A model generated the notes under the pieces. It was given only the letters and a program-made list of their open reading frames with translations. It was not told the origin of the DNA and made no database searches. From a virus (taxonomy: Duplodnaviria; Caudoviricetes): DNA of 31,285 nucleotides. A program made the position numbers and the translations under genes. Below, piece after piece: positions 17,558 through 24,945 of this stretch (the stretch's first letter is position 1; every line of letters begins with the position of its first letter). The DNA lies in IMG/VR virus record IMGVR_UViG_3300016484_001035, positions 1 through 31,285 of that record; one strand, written 5' to 3'.

Positions 17558-18120
17558 TGGATGCCGAACACGGCCTTGATCCGTGCCTCCTTCTCGGCAG
17601 CGCTCAGCTGCCCGTCTGCCGCGATGCCAGCGGCCTTGTCTGCCTGCTCGGCCTTGCGCTCGAGGAGCGCGACGCGCCGATCGGCGAGCTCCAGCTCCTT
17701 CTTGCGCACGTCCTGGTCACGGACCTTGAGGACCAGGCTGAACATGGCCTTCACGTCCGCCGGTGCCACGCCCGGCTGCTGAGCCATGGTGAACGCCTGC
17801 TGCGCGATCGCGTCGATCGTCGCAGCCTCGAACTGGGCCGGAGACTTGGCGGCTTCCTCGGCGAGGCCCGCGGCGAGATCGCGCGCCTGGCGGCGGCGAT
17901 TGATCAGGTATTCCGCCGAGTTGGCGGACCAGAAATTTGAGAGGGCCGCACGGGAGGTTTCGATGCCGAGCCCTCCATCCTCCTCGGGCTTGGCGACCTG
18001 ATCGCGGATCCGCTCGAGCGACATGCCTGGCGTCACGAACCACTCGAGCAGGCGCAGCTTGTCCTCCTCGTCGAGGAGTCCAAGACGGCTGTCTGCACGG
18101 GGCTTGCGGAACGTCGGCAT
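17554..18120 (-). CDS. Mu gp27-like (DUF3486) terminase small subunit (188 aa)
   Basis: RKPRADSRLGLL, HTH-like TSRAALSNF, C-terminal LSAAEKEARIKAVFGI; immediately upstream of terL. Confidence 0.75.
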   Translation of the reverse strand: MPTFRKPRADSRLGLLDEEDKLRLLEWFVTPGMSLERIRDQVAKPEEDGGLGIETSRAALSNFWSANSAEYLINRRRQARDLAAGLAEEAAKSPAQFEAATIDAIAQQAFTMAQQPGVAPADVKAMFSLVLKVRDQDVRKKELELADRRVALLERKAEQADKAAGIAADGQLSAAEKEARIKAVFGIQ

Positions 18121-18134
18121 GAGGTCGGCAGGTA

Positions 18135-18404
18135 TCAGGCGAGGCCGAGGCGGGCGGCCTCGTCGCGGCCGTTGGCACTGGCCTTGTAGTCGCGCAGCTC
18201 CGGGGAGATCGGCTTGTCGCAGAGCACCGCGAAGCCCTTGTCCCGGAGGTAATCGAGCTCGGCCTCGACCTCGCGGTCGGTGACTCGGAACCCACGGCTC
18301 TCGGCGACGAGGCGCAGGGCAGCCACGCGCAGGGCGAGCGGAGCAGCGTCGGCGAGCTGCCGAAGCAGTTCGCGGCGGAAGAGTTCTCGGATGGCGGGGT
18401 CCAT
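18135..18404 (-). CDS. Mu gp26-like winged-helix protein (89 aa)
   Basis: RRELLRQL...DREVEAELDYLRDKGF...SANGRDEA and gene order. Confidence 0.7.
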   Translation of the reverse strand: MDPAIRELFRRELLRQLADAAPLALRVAALRLVAESRGFRVTDREVEAELDYLRDKGFAVLCDKPISPELRDYKASANGRDEAARLGLA

Positions 18405-18407
18405 GTG

Positions 18408-18878
18408 TCAGGGCTTGCGCGGCATGCGCTCGAGGATGCGGTCGATCTTGCCGTCGAGCTGGACGATGCGGGGGCTGAGTTCCTCCACTTTCGCCTGCAG
18501 CCCGGCGGTCTTCGTGTTGTTCTCGCGGATCAAGTCGTAGATCCGCCCTCGGCTTTCGGCCGATGCACGCGCCGCCTCCGCGAAGCGGTCTTGCACCTCC
18601 TGCCTGATGCCCTCGACCCGCTCAGTGAGTTGCTCGTGAGCCGCGAGCGGCGTGAACTGCACGGCCTCCTGCACCTGGAGCGGGTTCGGCGAGATCGACA
18701 CCGGGCTAGGTGTGGAGCCCGCTTGGAGCTGGGTGCGGACCTCATCGACGAGGCCTTTGCGGAATCGCACCAGGGCAGCGAGCACGGCGCCCAAGGTGAG
18801 GAGCATCGCGCTGAGCATCGCGATGTCGCGAGAGGAGAAGGACACGTCGGAGGGCGCCATGGAGGGATCGGGCAGCAT
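18408..18878 (-). CDS. Membrane-anchored coiled-coil protein, Mu gp25/DUF2730-like position (156 aa)
   Basis: One N-terminal hydrophobic helix followed by a coiled-coil ending LDGKIDRILE; lies between the lysis genes and gp26. Confidence 0.6.
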   Translation of the reverse strand: MLPDPSMAPSDVSFSSRDIAMLSAMLLTLGAVLAALVRFRKGLVDEVRTQLQAGSTPSPVSISPNPLQVQEAVQFTPLAAHEQLTERVEGIRQEVQDRFAEAARASAESRGRIYDLIRENNTKTAGLQAKVEELSPRIVQLDGKIDRILERMPRKP

Positions 18879-18885
18879 CGTGCGG

Positions 18886-19221
18886 TCAGCGGCTATCGTT
18901 GGAGCGGGGGCTGAGGCTGAGGCGCAGCTGCACCTCCTGGAGCGCGCGCGTCAGCTCGAGGATCTGCTGATCCTTGGCTGCGAGCTTCGCCTCGCTCACC
19001 CAGGTCTCGTCCTGCGTCGGGACGTAGAGGCCGGCCATCGTCGGCACCTGCGATCCCTTCGAAAGGTAGAGATACCCGGGCTGCGATGCGTGCCCGTAGC
19101 TGAGCGGCGTAGGCCGCACGCTCGAGCAGGCGGTCAGCATCATCGCCGCGGCGCTGAGCGCGCAGCTGCACCACACGCGCTTCGAGCGCAGCGATGTCCG
19201 CGTCGAGGCGGTCGAGCTCAT
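18886..19221 (-). CDS. Lipoprotein, putative o-spanin (Rz1-like)
   Basis: Basic n-region, hydrophobic stretch and lipobox LTA-C (MMLTACSS); lies out of frame almost entirely within the upstream gene. Start uncertain. Confidence 0.6.
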   Translation of the reverse strand: MSSTASTRTSLRSKRVWCSCALSAAAMMLTACSSVRPTPLSYGHASQPGYLYLSKGSQVPTMAGLYVPTQDETWVSEAKLAAKDQQILELTRALQEVQLRLSLSPRSNDSR

Positions 19222-19318
19222 CGAGGAGCAGGCGATCGCGGCGGATTTGCTGGGTGACTGCATAGGCTTCGGCGAGGGCGGTGAGGGCGCGCAGGAGGGC
19301 GGAGATGAGCGTGAGCAC
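18893..19318 (-). CDS. Putative i-spanin (Rz-like, 141 aa)
   Basis: GTG start just after the holin; hydrophobic/amphipathic N-terminus and coiled-coil; overlaps the lipoprotein gene as in Rz/Rz1 pairs. Confidence 0.5.
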   Translation of the reverse strand: MLTLISALLRALTALAEAYAVTQQIRRDRLLLDELDRLDADIAALEARVVQLRAQRRGDDADRLLERAAYAAQLRARIAARVSLPFEGIAGADDGRPLRPDAGRDLGERGEARSQGSADPRADARAPGGAAAPQPQPPLQR

Positions 19319-19324
19319 GGGGCC

Positions 19325-19528
19325 TTACTTGGCGCCGACCTGCTCCGAGCTCTTGTCGTTGTCGCGAGCTGCGACGAGACCGGCACCCGCGGCGACGGCC
19401 GTGATGACGATGCCCCAGTTGGGGACGGTGTTCGGGTCGTCGTCGAACTGCGCGGCGACGGCGGTGGAGATGGCTGCGAGGATCGCGGCGATGCCGGCGA
19501 CTGTGGTCTTCCAGGACTTGGTCTTCAT
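19325..19528 (-). CDS. Holin, two transmembrane helices (67 aa)
   Basis: SWKTTVAG start, two hydrophobic segments, charged ARDNDK C-terminus; first gene of the lysis cassette. Confidence 0.75.
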   Translation of the reverse strand: MKTKSWKTTVAGIAAILAAISTAVAAQFDDDPNTVPNWGIVITAVAAGAGLVAARDNDKSSEQVGAK

Positions 19529-19541
19529 TTGGTTTGCAGGG

Positions 19542-19712
19542 GGGAAATTGTCCCCGGGGAGCAGCTGCTCTCCCCGGGGATTTGAACAGCCTGTGACGGC
19601 TTAGGTGGGAATTGTGCCTCGGAGATCGCTGCTCTCCCCGAGGCGTTGGCGGGTGGGTTAATGTGGTCCCGGCTGGTCGGCGGAATCCGCTACGCGGCTC
19701 CTCGCAGCCGGG
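19542..19712 (-). promoter_or_regulatory. Structured leader of the late operon: two repeated covarying hairpins plus a larger upstream stem-loop
   Basis: Hairpins 19551-19580 and 19616-19644 share CGGGGAGAGCAGC and a downstream CAATT(T)CCC on the minus strand; third stem at 19668-75/19705-12. Confidence 0.6.
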
Positions 19713-19719
19713 GAGGTGG

Positions 19720-20091
19720 CTAGTCTCGCGGGGGCAAGGCCAGCCAGCAGCCGAAGGTGGGGACGTGCACCAGGTGCGGTTCGAGATCGCGGTCCGCGCA
19801 GCGCGTCCAGAACCGCCACTCCTCGAGGGCGCGGCGTGGCGTGTGCGCGATCACCACGGCGTGATCGATGGGAGCGGTTTGGCCAGGCGTGAGCTGACTG
19901 CCGGTGATTTCCCCGGCGCGCGGGCCGTCGCCGACCTCATGCGTCTTGGACGCCCACGGGATGTCCGGGTGCACCTCGTGCCACCAGGCGGCGCCCTCGG
20001 CATCCTCCGGCGTGACGACGCGTAGCACCGGGTGCTCCGGCAGCTCGCAGCAGATCGGACCGACGAACATGCGACGCAGCCAGGCGATCAC
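19720..20091 (-). CDS. Hypothetical protein (123 aa)
   Basis: GTGA overlap with the upstream gene; no recognised motif. Confidence 0.6.
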   Translation of the reverse strand: MIAWLRRMFVGPICCELPEHPVLRVVTPEDAEGAAWWHEVHPDIPWASKTHEVGDGPRAGEITGSQLTPGQTAPIDHAVVIAHTPRRALEEWRFWTRCADRDLEPHLVHVPTFGCWLALPPRD

Positions 20092-20285
20092 AGCGGAGCC
20101 CCTCCTTCAGGTGCTGGGAGGAATGCCACAGCGAACCCAATGAACGCCGAGACAAGAACCTTCGCAGGCCAGTATGCGAGCATGGGGATCGGGCCGAGGG
20201 CCATGAACCACGAGAACAGCAGCCCAACCACGGCTCCGATCAGGAGCGCGATGAGGACATTGCGCAGATTCCAATCGAGCATCAT
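20088..20285 (-). CDS. Small membrane protein, two TM helices (65 aa)
   Basis: Two strongly hydrophobic segments; 4-bp overlaps on both sides. Confidence 0.7.
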   Translation of the reverse strand: MMLDWNLRNVLIALLIGAVVGLLFSWFMALGPIPMLAYWPAKVLVSAFIGFAVAFLPAPEGGAPL

Positions 20286-20647
20286 GACTCGGAGCCCTCC
20301 GTGACCGGGATCCCCGGGACAGCACGCTGGAGCAGCGCGGCCGTGCTCTCACCTGGGGCGCGCTCGATCTGAGCGCGTTTGGGTTGCCGCCGCGGCGTAG
20401 GACCGGACCGCACAAGCTCGTATCCGTCGAGGCGGGCGATGTCCCCGGCCAATTCCCGCGCCACCTTCCGACTGAGACGGAGCCCCACCTTCTGTCCGCA
20501 GTGGGTGTGAGCTGTGATGAGCAGCACGGAGCGGTCTCCGTTGAGCAACCCCACGTGGGTGCTCAGACCGCCGAACATCACGGGATCGCCCTTCCGCCGG
20601 GCCGGCGTTTCTGCTACTCCTGAGGAGGTGGGCGTGGCTTGGTGCAC
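20282..20647 (-). CDS. Hypothetical protein (up to 121 aa)
   Basis: Stop overlaps the start of the 65-aa gene; start uncertain (GTG 20647). Confidence 0.55.
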   Translation of the reverse strand: MHQATPTSSGVAETPARRKGDPVMFGGLSTHVGLLNGDRSVLLITAHTHCGQKVGLRLSRKVARELAGDIARLDGYELVRSGPTPRRQPKRAQIERAPGESTAALLQRAVPGIPVTEGSES

Positions 20648-20833
20648 GCTGCCACCCTAGCGCAGATCGCGCTCCACCCCCTAGGCAGTGCGTCCAGTCT
20701 GTCCACCCTGTCAGGGTATTTTGCGCAGGCGACTGCCCACCCGACGACGCGTATCGGGATTCCTGCTATAACTCGGGGGACATGAAGCTCATTCAAAACC
20801 CGACTCCCGCGCAGGCTGCCGCATGCATCCACC

Positions 20834-21100
20834 TCACGAGTAGGTATACCTCCGCCACGGAATCCGGCTCGGATCGATCGACGCCAGAAACTCCACTATG
20901 TCTCGCCTGCCCTGATATGAAAACCGTCCACTCCCGTCCTGACTCGCGAGGATCAGCGGGATCGAAGCGAACTCTGCGCACCTTGCTTGGAAAGCTGCGC
21001 GGGTCTCGTGCGCAGTGAACGAGTCCATCACGTGCGGCTTCACGATGATGATGCCGAAGGTGACTCCTTGCTCGATGATGATAGCTCCTTCGATGGTCAT
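20834..21100 (-). CDS. Small uncharacterised protein (88 aa, MTIEGAIIIEQGVTF...)
   Basis: Globular, protein-like sequence from ATG 21100 (EQGVTF...QD.SG..Y.GR.DIV.FL...IPW); I recall similar prophage proteins but cannot name a family. Confidence 0.7.
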   Translation of the reverse strand: MTIEGAIIIEQGVTFGIIIVKPHVMDSFTAHETRAAFQARCAEFASIPLILASQDGSGRFSYQGRRDIVEFLASIDPSRIPWRRYTYS

Positions 21101-21128
21101 GGTAGAGTGCGTGGATTGAGCGCGGCCA

Positions 21129-21644
21129 CTAAGGCCGGCCGCGAATGAAGCCGATGACGTTTCGGACGAGGAACAGCTGTAGAGCGACGAGACCGGTGAG
21201 CGTGGCCTGATACCAGAGGTTCCCAAAAAAACCCAAGGCGACTGCTCCGAGCACCAACCCAATGCCAAGGATCGTAAGGCAGAGCTCTGACCCGGACTCG
21301 GGGATCGCCCACTCACGGATTTTTGGAAGTTGGTCCTTGAGTGGGACTGCGGCCTGATCCGGTCCACCCGACTTTGCCTCGGGTGCAAGGAGTTGGTCCA
21401 AGGTGATCTGCCCGGCTCGGTAGAGGGCGTAAACCTGTTCCGCCGCGAATGGACCGACTGGGCCGGTCGACGAGATCAGGTAGATCCTCGACCAATCCGG
21501 ATATCGCCAGTCGACGTTGGTCGGCGCAGGCGGAGGTGCTATCTGCACAGCGGGAGGGCGCTCGTGCACCGCTTCCGGTTTTGGCGACTTCCAGGTGTCA
21601 GGAACCGATGCGTTCGGATCCTCGTCAATGGGCTGTGTGCTCAT
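21129..21644 (-). CDS. GYF_2 (DUF4339)-like domain membrane protein (171 aa)
   Basis: IYL...GPVGPFAAEQVYALYRAGQITLDQLL matches the GYF_2 pattern; two C-terminal TM helices; ATG 21644 overlaps the upstream stop. Confidence 0.7.
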   Translation of the reverse strand: MSTQPIDEDPNASVPDTWKSPKPEAVHERPPAVQIAPPPAPTNVDWRYPDWSRIYLISSTGPVGPFAAEQVYALYRAGQITLDQLLAPEAKSGGPDQAAVPLKDQLPKIREWAIPESGSELCLTILGIGLVLGAVALGFFGNLWYQATLTGLVALQLFLVRNVIGFIRGRP

Positions 21645-21871
21645 GTGGTCGACTTCTGTGAGGCGTGGAAAATCGTGTTCCTCACGAGCCGCGGAGCGCG
21701 CTCGAGCGCTTCCTTCGGAGCAATGCCTCGGGAGATGAGGGTTGAAACGAGCTCCGCCTGGTAGGCCGCGCCGTAGGCTTTGGCGAGATCCGGACGATCC
21801 CTCAGGATCTGGGCGACCTGGGCGTCCATCCACGCGCTGGCGTCGTCTCCGGATTGTCCGCGTTTTGGCAT
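21641..21871 (-). CDS. Small helical hypothetical protein (76 aa)
   Basis: ATG 21871; stop coupled to the GYF_2 gene start (ATGA). Confidence 0.6.
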   Translation of the reverse strand: MPKRGQSGDDASAWMDAQVAQILRDRPDLAKAYGAAYQAELVSTLISRGIAPKEALERAPRLVRNTIFHASQKSTT

Positions 21872-21963
21872 GTTATTTTCTGCACAACTTAGTTTTGCCA
21901 AATCTGGCGGAACTAATTGTGCCAGGTGTTGGCATAAATAGTTCGTCGCTTCGCTTATCGAAT

Positions 21964-22260
21964 TTAACTCTCTAAGCCATTTGCACGCAGAACACTTGGG
22001 GCATCTTCATCGAGCTCGACATGCTCTTGACCGGGGGGAACCACCCGCCGCAGGACAGACGGGGGCGGTCGGCGGTAACGGAACGTTCGCCCATCAAGGG
22101 CGTGCAATGATTGGGCGGCGGCCGACTCGATCATCCCCATCTGAGCCCCCAAGGCCAGCTTGATGGCCGCACTTCGACTCACTCCTAGGCTTTTTGCGTA
22201 TGCATCTAGGCGAGCCAGAAGCTCGTCCGGAAGGCGAACCGGGATGGTTTTTGCGATCAC
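21964..22260 (-). CDS. Ribbon-helix-helix (CopG/Arc-like) regulator, putative immunity repressor (98 aa)
   Basis: KTIPVRLPDELLARLDAYAKSLGVSRSAAIKLAL is a canonical RHH; divergent from the early operon; GTG 22260 chosen from promoter symmetry. Confidence 0.82.
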   Translation of the reverse strand: MIAKTIPVRLPDELLARLDAYAKSLGVSRSAAIKLALGAQMGMIESAAAQSLHALDGRTFRYRRPPPSVLRRVVPPGQEHVELDEDAPSVLRANGLES

Positions 22261-22346
22261 ACGGCAACGCATACAGACTCTATGCAGACTAGTGAACCCT
22301 GAAGTTTGGGGTTGACCTATTGCATACAGTCTGTATGCGTTAGGTC
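22261..22346. promoter_or_regulatory. Divergent promoters with two 17-bp palindromic operators
   Basis: GCATACAGaCTCTATGC (22269-22285) and GCATACAGtCTGTATGC (22322-22338). Rightward TTGACC-16-TATGCG-7-ATG; leftward TTCACT-17-TATGCG-7-GTG. Confidence 0.8.
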
Positions 22347-22535
22347 ATGGCACAGCGTAAGGTCATCACCGTCCCCGTCCGGATTAGCGCCGAGGAGGAC
22401 CGCCGGATTAAGCTCACTGCTCGGCGCCTGCGCACTAGCGCGGCAGCAATCGTCCGTCTGGCGATCGCATCTCAGCTGCGAGACATCGAGACGGGAGCGA
22501 TCAAGATCCCAGACATCGCCGCACGCGCTGCCTGA
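22347..22535 (+). CDS. Ribbon-helix-helix regulator in the Ner/Cro position (62 aa)
   Basis: VITVPVRISAEEDRRIKLTARRLRTSAAAIVRLAI fits the RHH pattern; first gene of the early operon. Confidence 0.78.
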   Translation: MAQRKVITVPVRISAEEDRRIKLTARRLRTSAAAIVRLAIASQLRDIETGAIKIPDIAARAA

Positions 22536-22537
22536 CA

Positions 22538-22921
22538 ATGGCCGCCCCCTCAAAAGCGCAGGCAGATCTGGAGAAGGGCCAAGCGCTCTTTGACTTCCTG
22601 CTGCCCGCCAAGGCGACGCTCCGCCCCGAGGAGCTAGCTGCGATCCTCTCAGTCTCCGAGCGCTCGATTCAGCGGGCTTTCGACTGCGAGGAGCTGATGG
22701 GGCTCGGCCTGAACTTCACGGTCGGAGTCAAAGACGGTCTCATCTCTACCCGCCGCATCCCACGCCAGTGCGCGCTAATCTGGTTGGCCCGTCACGCCAA
22801 CTACACGCCGGAGGACCTCGAGGACCGGATTGCTGAGATCCTGGCTACGCAGAACAGCGAGACGCTGTTGCGCCTACAGGCGCGCCTACAGGCGGCGCTC
22901 GCCAGGTCGGTTAACCGCTAG
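22538..22921 (+). CDS. HTH_17/excisionase-like DNA-binding protein (127 aa)
   Basis: TLRPEELAAILSVSERSIQR...RRIPR winged-HTH pattern. Confidence 0.7.
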   Translation: MAAPSKAQADLEKGQALFDFLLPAKATLRPEELAAILSVSERSIQRAFDCEELMGLGLNFTVGVKDGLISTRRIPRQCALIWLARHANYTPEDLEDRIAEILATQNSETLLRLQARLQAALARSVNR

Positions 22922-22927
22922 TTTCCC

Positions 22928-23800
22928 ATGTCACAAGAACCCCTCATTACCTGCCCGCGGTGCGGGACGGCAAACTTCACAGAGCACGGCCTCCGCCGGC
23001 ATGTCTGCCGAGCCAGCGGATTTCGCGTCAAGCTGCCGGAGTGCGAGATCCATGCAGCTATCAAGTCTGCACAGTCTGCTCAGATCGCGATGCGCGAGCA
23101 GCCGAGCACGGATACAACTCCAGCCGACCTAGCGATCGCGGAGCAATTGGTCGTCCAGTATCGCAAAGCCGACTCTGCTGCATCTCGGATCGCTGAAGCC
23201 AATCTCGATCTAGTCGTGTTTGGCGGCATGCTGGTGCAGCTGGAGGAGGAGCTGCGACGTAGCGATGGACCGAAGCGCGGGAGGGGTGCGTTTGGGCTCA
23301 AGAATTGGATGGAGATCCACACTCCGACCATTCCGCGCACCAGAGCCATCGAGCTCCGGTCCCTTGCGGAGGCGATCGCAAATCGCTGGAAGCTGGACAC
23401 TGGAACGCTCCAAAATCTCCTGACATCTCCCGATGGCGCCAAGCTCCCTACCGGGCTGAGCACGAAGCGTAAGCAGATCCTCGAGGATCTGGGCGCCGGC
23501 TCACTGCACAGGCTGCACATGGAGTATGGCGTGCGTTCGCACGGGGGGAAACGGGTTGCTGCCGAGAAGCCGGCCCCGAAGGCGCAGACCCTCGAGGAGC
23601 GCCGTGAGAACAGCTTCCGCATCCTCGGCCGCTGCGTCTCGGACCTGCAGCTCCAGGTGGAAACTCGCGAGCTGTTCGTCGACTGGCTGACGGCCGATCA
23701 GCTCGATGCGATCGCCCTCAACGTGGAGCGCGTCGCGACGAGCCTTCGCGACTCCGCCCGCACGATGCGCGCCGCCGACAACCCCAAGGGCCGGAGCTGA
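22928..23800 (+). CDS. Early protein with N-terminal zinc finger and DUF3102-like region (290 aa)
   Basis: CPRC...HGLRRHVC; GGMLVQL...GLKNWME...IPRTRA resembles DUF3102, which is common in Mu-like early regions. Confidence 0.55.
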   Translation: MSQEPLITCPRCGTANFTEHGLRRHVCRASGFRVKLPECEIHAAIKSAQSAQIAMREQPSTDTTPADLAIAEQLVVQYRKADSAASRIAEANLDLVVFGGMLVQLEEELRRSDGPKRGRGAFGLKNWMEIHTPTIPRTRAIELRSLAEAIANRWKLDTGTLQNLLTSPDGAKLPTGLSTKRKQILEDLGAGSLHRLHMEYGVRSHGGKRVAAEKPAPKAQTLEERRENSFRILGRCVSDLQLQVETRELFVDWLTADQLDAIALNVERVATSLRDSARTMRAADNPKGRS

Positions 23801-23803
23801 GCC

Positions 23804-24181
23804 ATGAGCAAGACTCGCACTCCCGCCGAAATCGCTGTGATCGAGCAGCAGCTCAAGGCCTTGATCGACCAGCCTGTGCGCGTGTGCCTGCGCCGCGTGG
23901 CCGGGGCCCGTCACCGCCGCTACGAAAACCAGCCCGATCTCGTGCCGGGCCTCTGCGTCTTTGCCGCGGGCATCCTCGAGCAATGGCCCGACGACGAGAT
24001 CGAATACGGTGGCTGCGGATGGGTAGTCGTCGCTGCCGACGACGAGCCTGTTGCCCAGATGGACACCCCGGACGGCGTGGTGTCGGCCTGGAATCACGTG
24101 GCCTCCTTTGCCACGGGCGACGTCTGGCGGATCGAGTCGATGCTCTCATGCAGCTCCGACGGCGCGGTGATTTTCCTCTGA
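23804..24181 (+). CDS. Hypothetical protein (125 aa)
   Basis: Tight operon spacing; GC-rich third positions. Confidence 0.65.
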   Translation: MSKTRTPAEIAVIEQQLKALIDQPVRVCLRRVAGARHRRYENQPDLVPGLCVFAAGILEQWPDDEIEYGGCGWVVVAADDEPVAQMDTPDGVVSAWNHVASFATGDVWRIESMLSCSSDGAVIFL

Positions 24182-24184
24182 GCC

Positions 24185-24481
24185 ATGAGCACTCACCGCC
24201 ACACCACCTACGCCGCGATCCGCAAGGCACTCGAGGGCCTGATTGGCTCTTTCGTCGAGCTGGAGTCCACCATCCGCCGACCTGGGGACAGCGTCCACGT
24301 GCGTGCCTTTGGCTTCCTCGGAGAACCTGAGGAAGCGACCTCCAAGCGCCCGCTCTACCAGATCCACCACGAGAGTGGTGCGACGCAGATCACGATCACG
24401 TTCGCCCCGCACGATGTGCGTGTCGTCCGCACCCGCGCGGGTGCCCGCGGAACCGTCGCCTCAATCGCTCTCGCGCCATGA
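24185..24481 (+). CDS. Hypothetical protein (98 aa)
   Basis: Tight operon spacing; ATGA overlap with the next gene. Confidence 0.65.
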   Translation: MSTHRHTTYAAIRKALEGLIGSFVELESTIRRPGDSVHVRAFGFLGEPEEATSKRPLYQIHHESGATQITITFAPHDVRVVRTRAGARGTVASIALAP

Positions 24482-24753
24482 TCCTGAGCCCCGCCATGCC
24501 GACGATGGACGAGCAGATCGCAGCGCTCTGCGGCGAGCGTTGCGTGATGCGCGTGACCTTGGGCTCCGACGTCCGGCTCCTGACCGGCCGTGTGATCCAC
24601 GTCGAGCATTCCGCCCGGGCGTCCACGGCGAACCCCTACCACTTCCGGCCGGACTCATGCCCGGTGCGCATCGAGTTCTCGGACCGCGACATCGCCCGCA
24701 TCGAGCGGCACCTGCAGTCGCTTCCCATCCTCCACCTCCTGCCCCGCAAATGA
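24478..24753 (+). CDS. Hypothetical protein (91 aa)
   Basis: ATGA overlaps at both ends. Confidence 0.6.
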   Translation: MILSPAMPTMDEQIAALCGERCVMRVTLGSDVRLLTGRVIHVEHSARASTANPYHFRPDSCPVRIEFSDRDIARIERHLQSLPILHLLPRK

Positions 24754-24938
24754 CAACCCAACCCAACACCACCGCCGGTGTCCGAGAGGACACCTCCACA
24801 GCCGTAGCCCCGGGCTGCATCTTCGCTGGCATCGCGATCGCCTGCCTGGGCGCCGCGACCCTCGTGGCCACTATCATCGGCGCCGCCGAAATCCTCTACA
24901 CGCTCGCCGCCCGCCTCGGGTGGGTGCCCGCCGCCTGA
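24750..24938 (+). CDS. Small membrane protein (62 aa)
   Basis: ATG 24750 overlaps the previous stop; long hydrophobic segment GCIFAGIAIACLGAATLVATIIG. Confidence 0.65.
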   Translation: MTTQPNTTAGVREDTSTAVAPGCIFAGIAIACLGAATLVATIIGAAEILYTLAARLGWVPAA

Positions 24939-24945
24939 TCCTCCC

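Noticed and set aside
13342-17782. Long plus-strand ORFs (13342..14439, 14529..16130, 16085..17782)
   Set aside because: Antisense shadows of the protease, portal and terminase genes; expected in high-GC DNA with biased third positions, and they have no protein-like motifs.
19542-19644. Mini CRISPR array
   Set aside because: Only two imperfect repeat units, differences are compensatory in the stem, and there are no cas genes; treated as structured leader RNA instead.
21225-21231. A7/T7 run in the GYF_2 gene as a frameshift or phase-variation site fusing it to the 88-aa gene
   Set aside because: The alternative frame is open, but it needs a +1 shift, the run is short and simply encodes Gly-Phe-Phe in a TM helix, and the 88-aa gene has its own ATG.
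22261-22272. ATG 22272 as the repressor start (ORF track)
   Set aside because: It lies inside the operator/-10 element; GTG 22260 gives the same 7-nt spacing as the opposite gene and begins right at the RHH beta strand.
21964-22535. RHH genes as antitoxins of a type II toxin-antitoxin pair
   Set aside because: No adjacent RelE/ParE/PIN/MazF-like toxin is recognisable; the divergent arrangement and twin operators fit a phage switch better.
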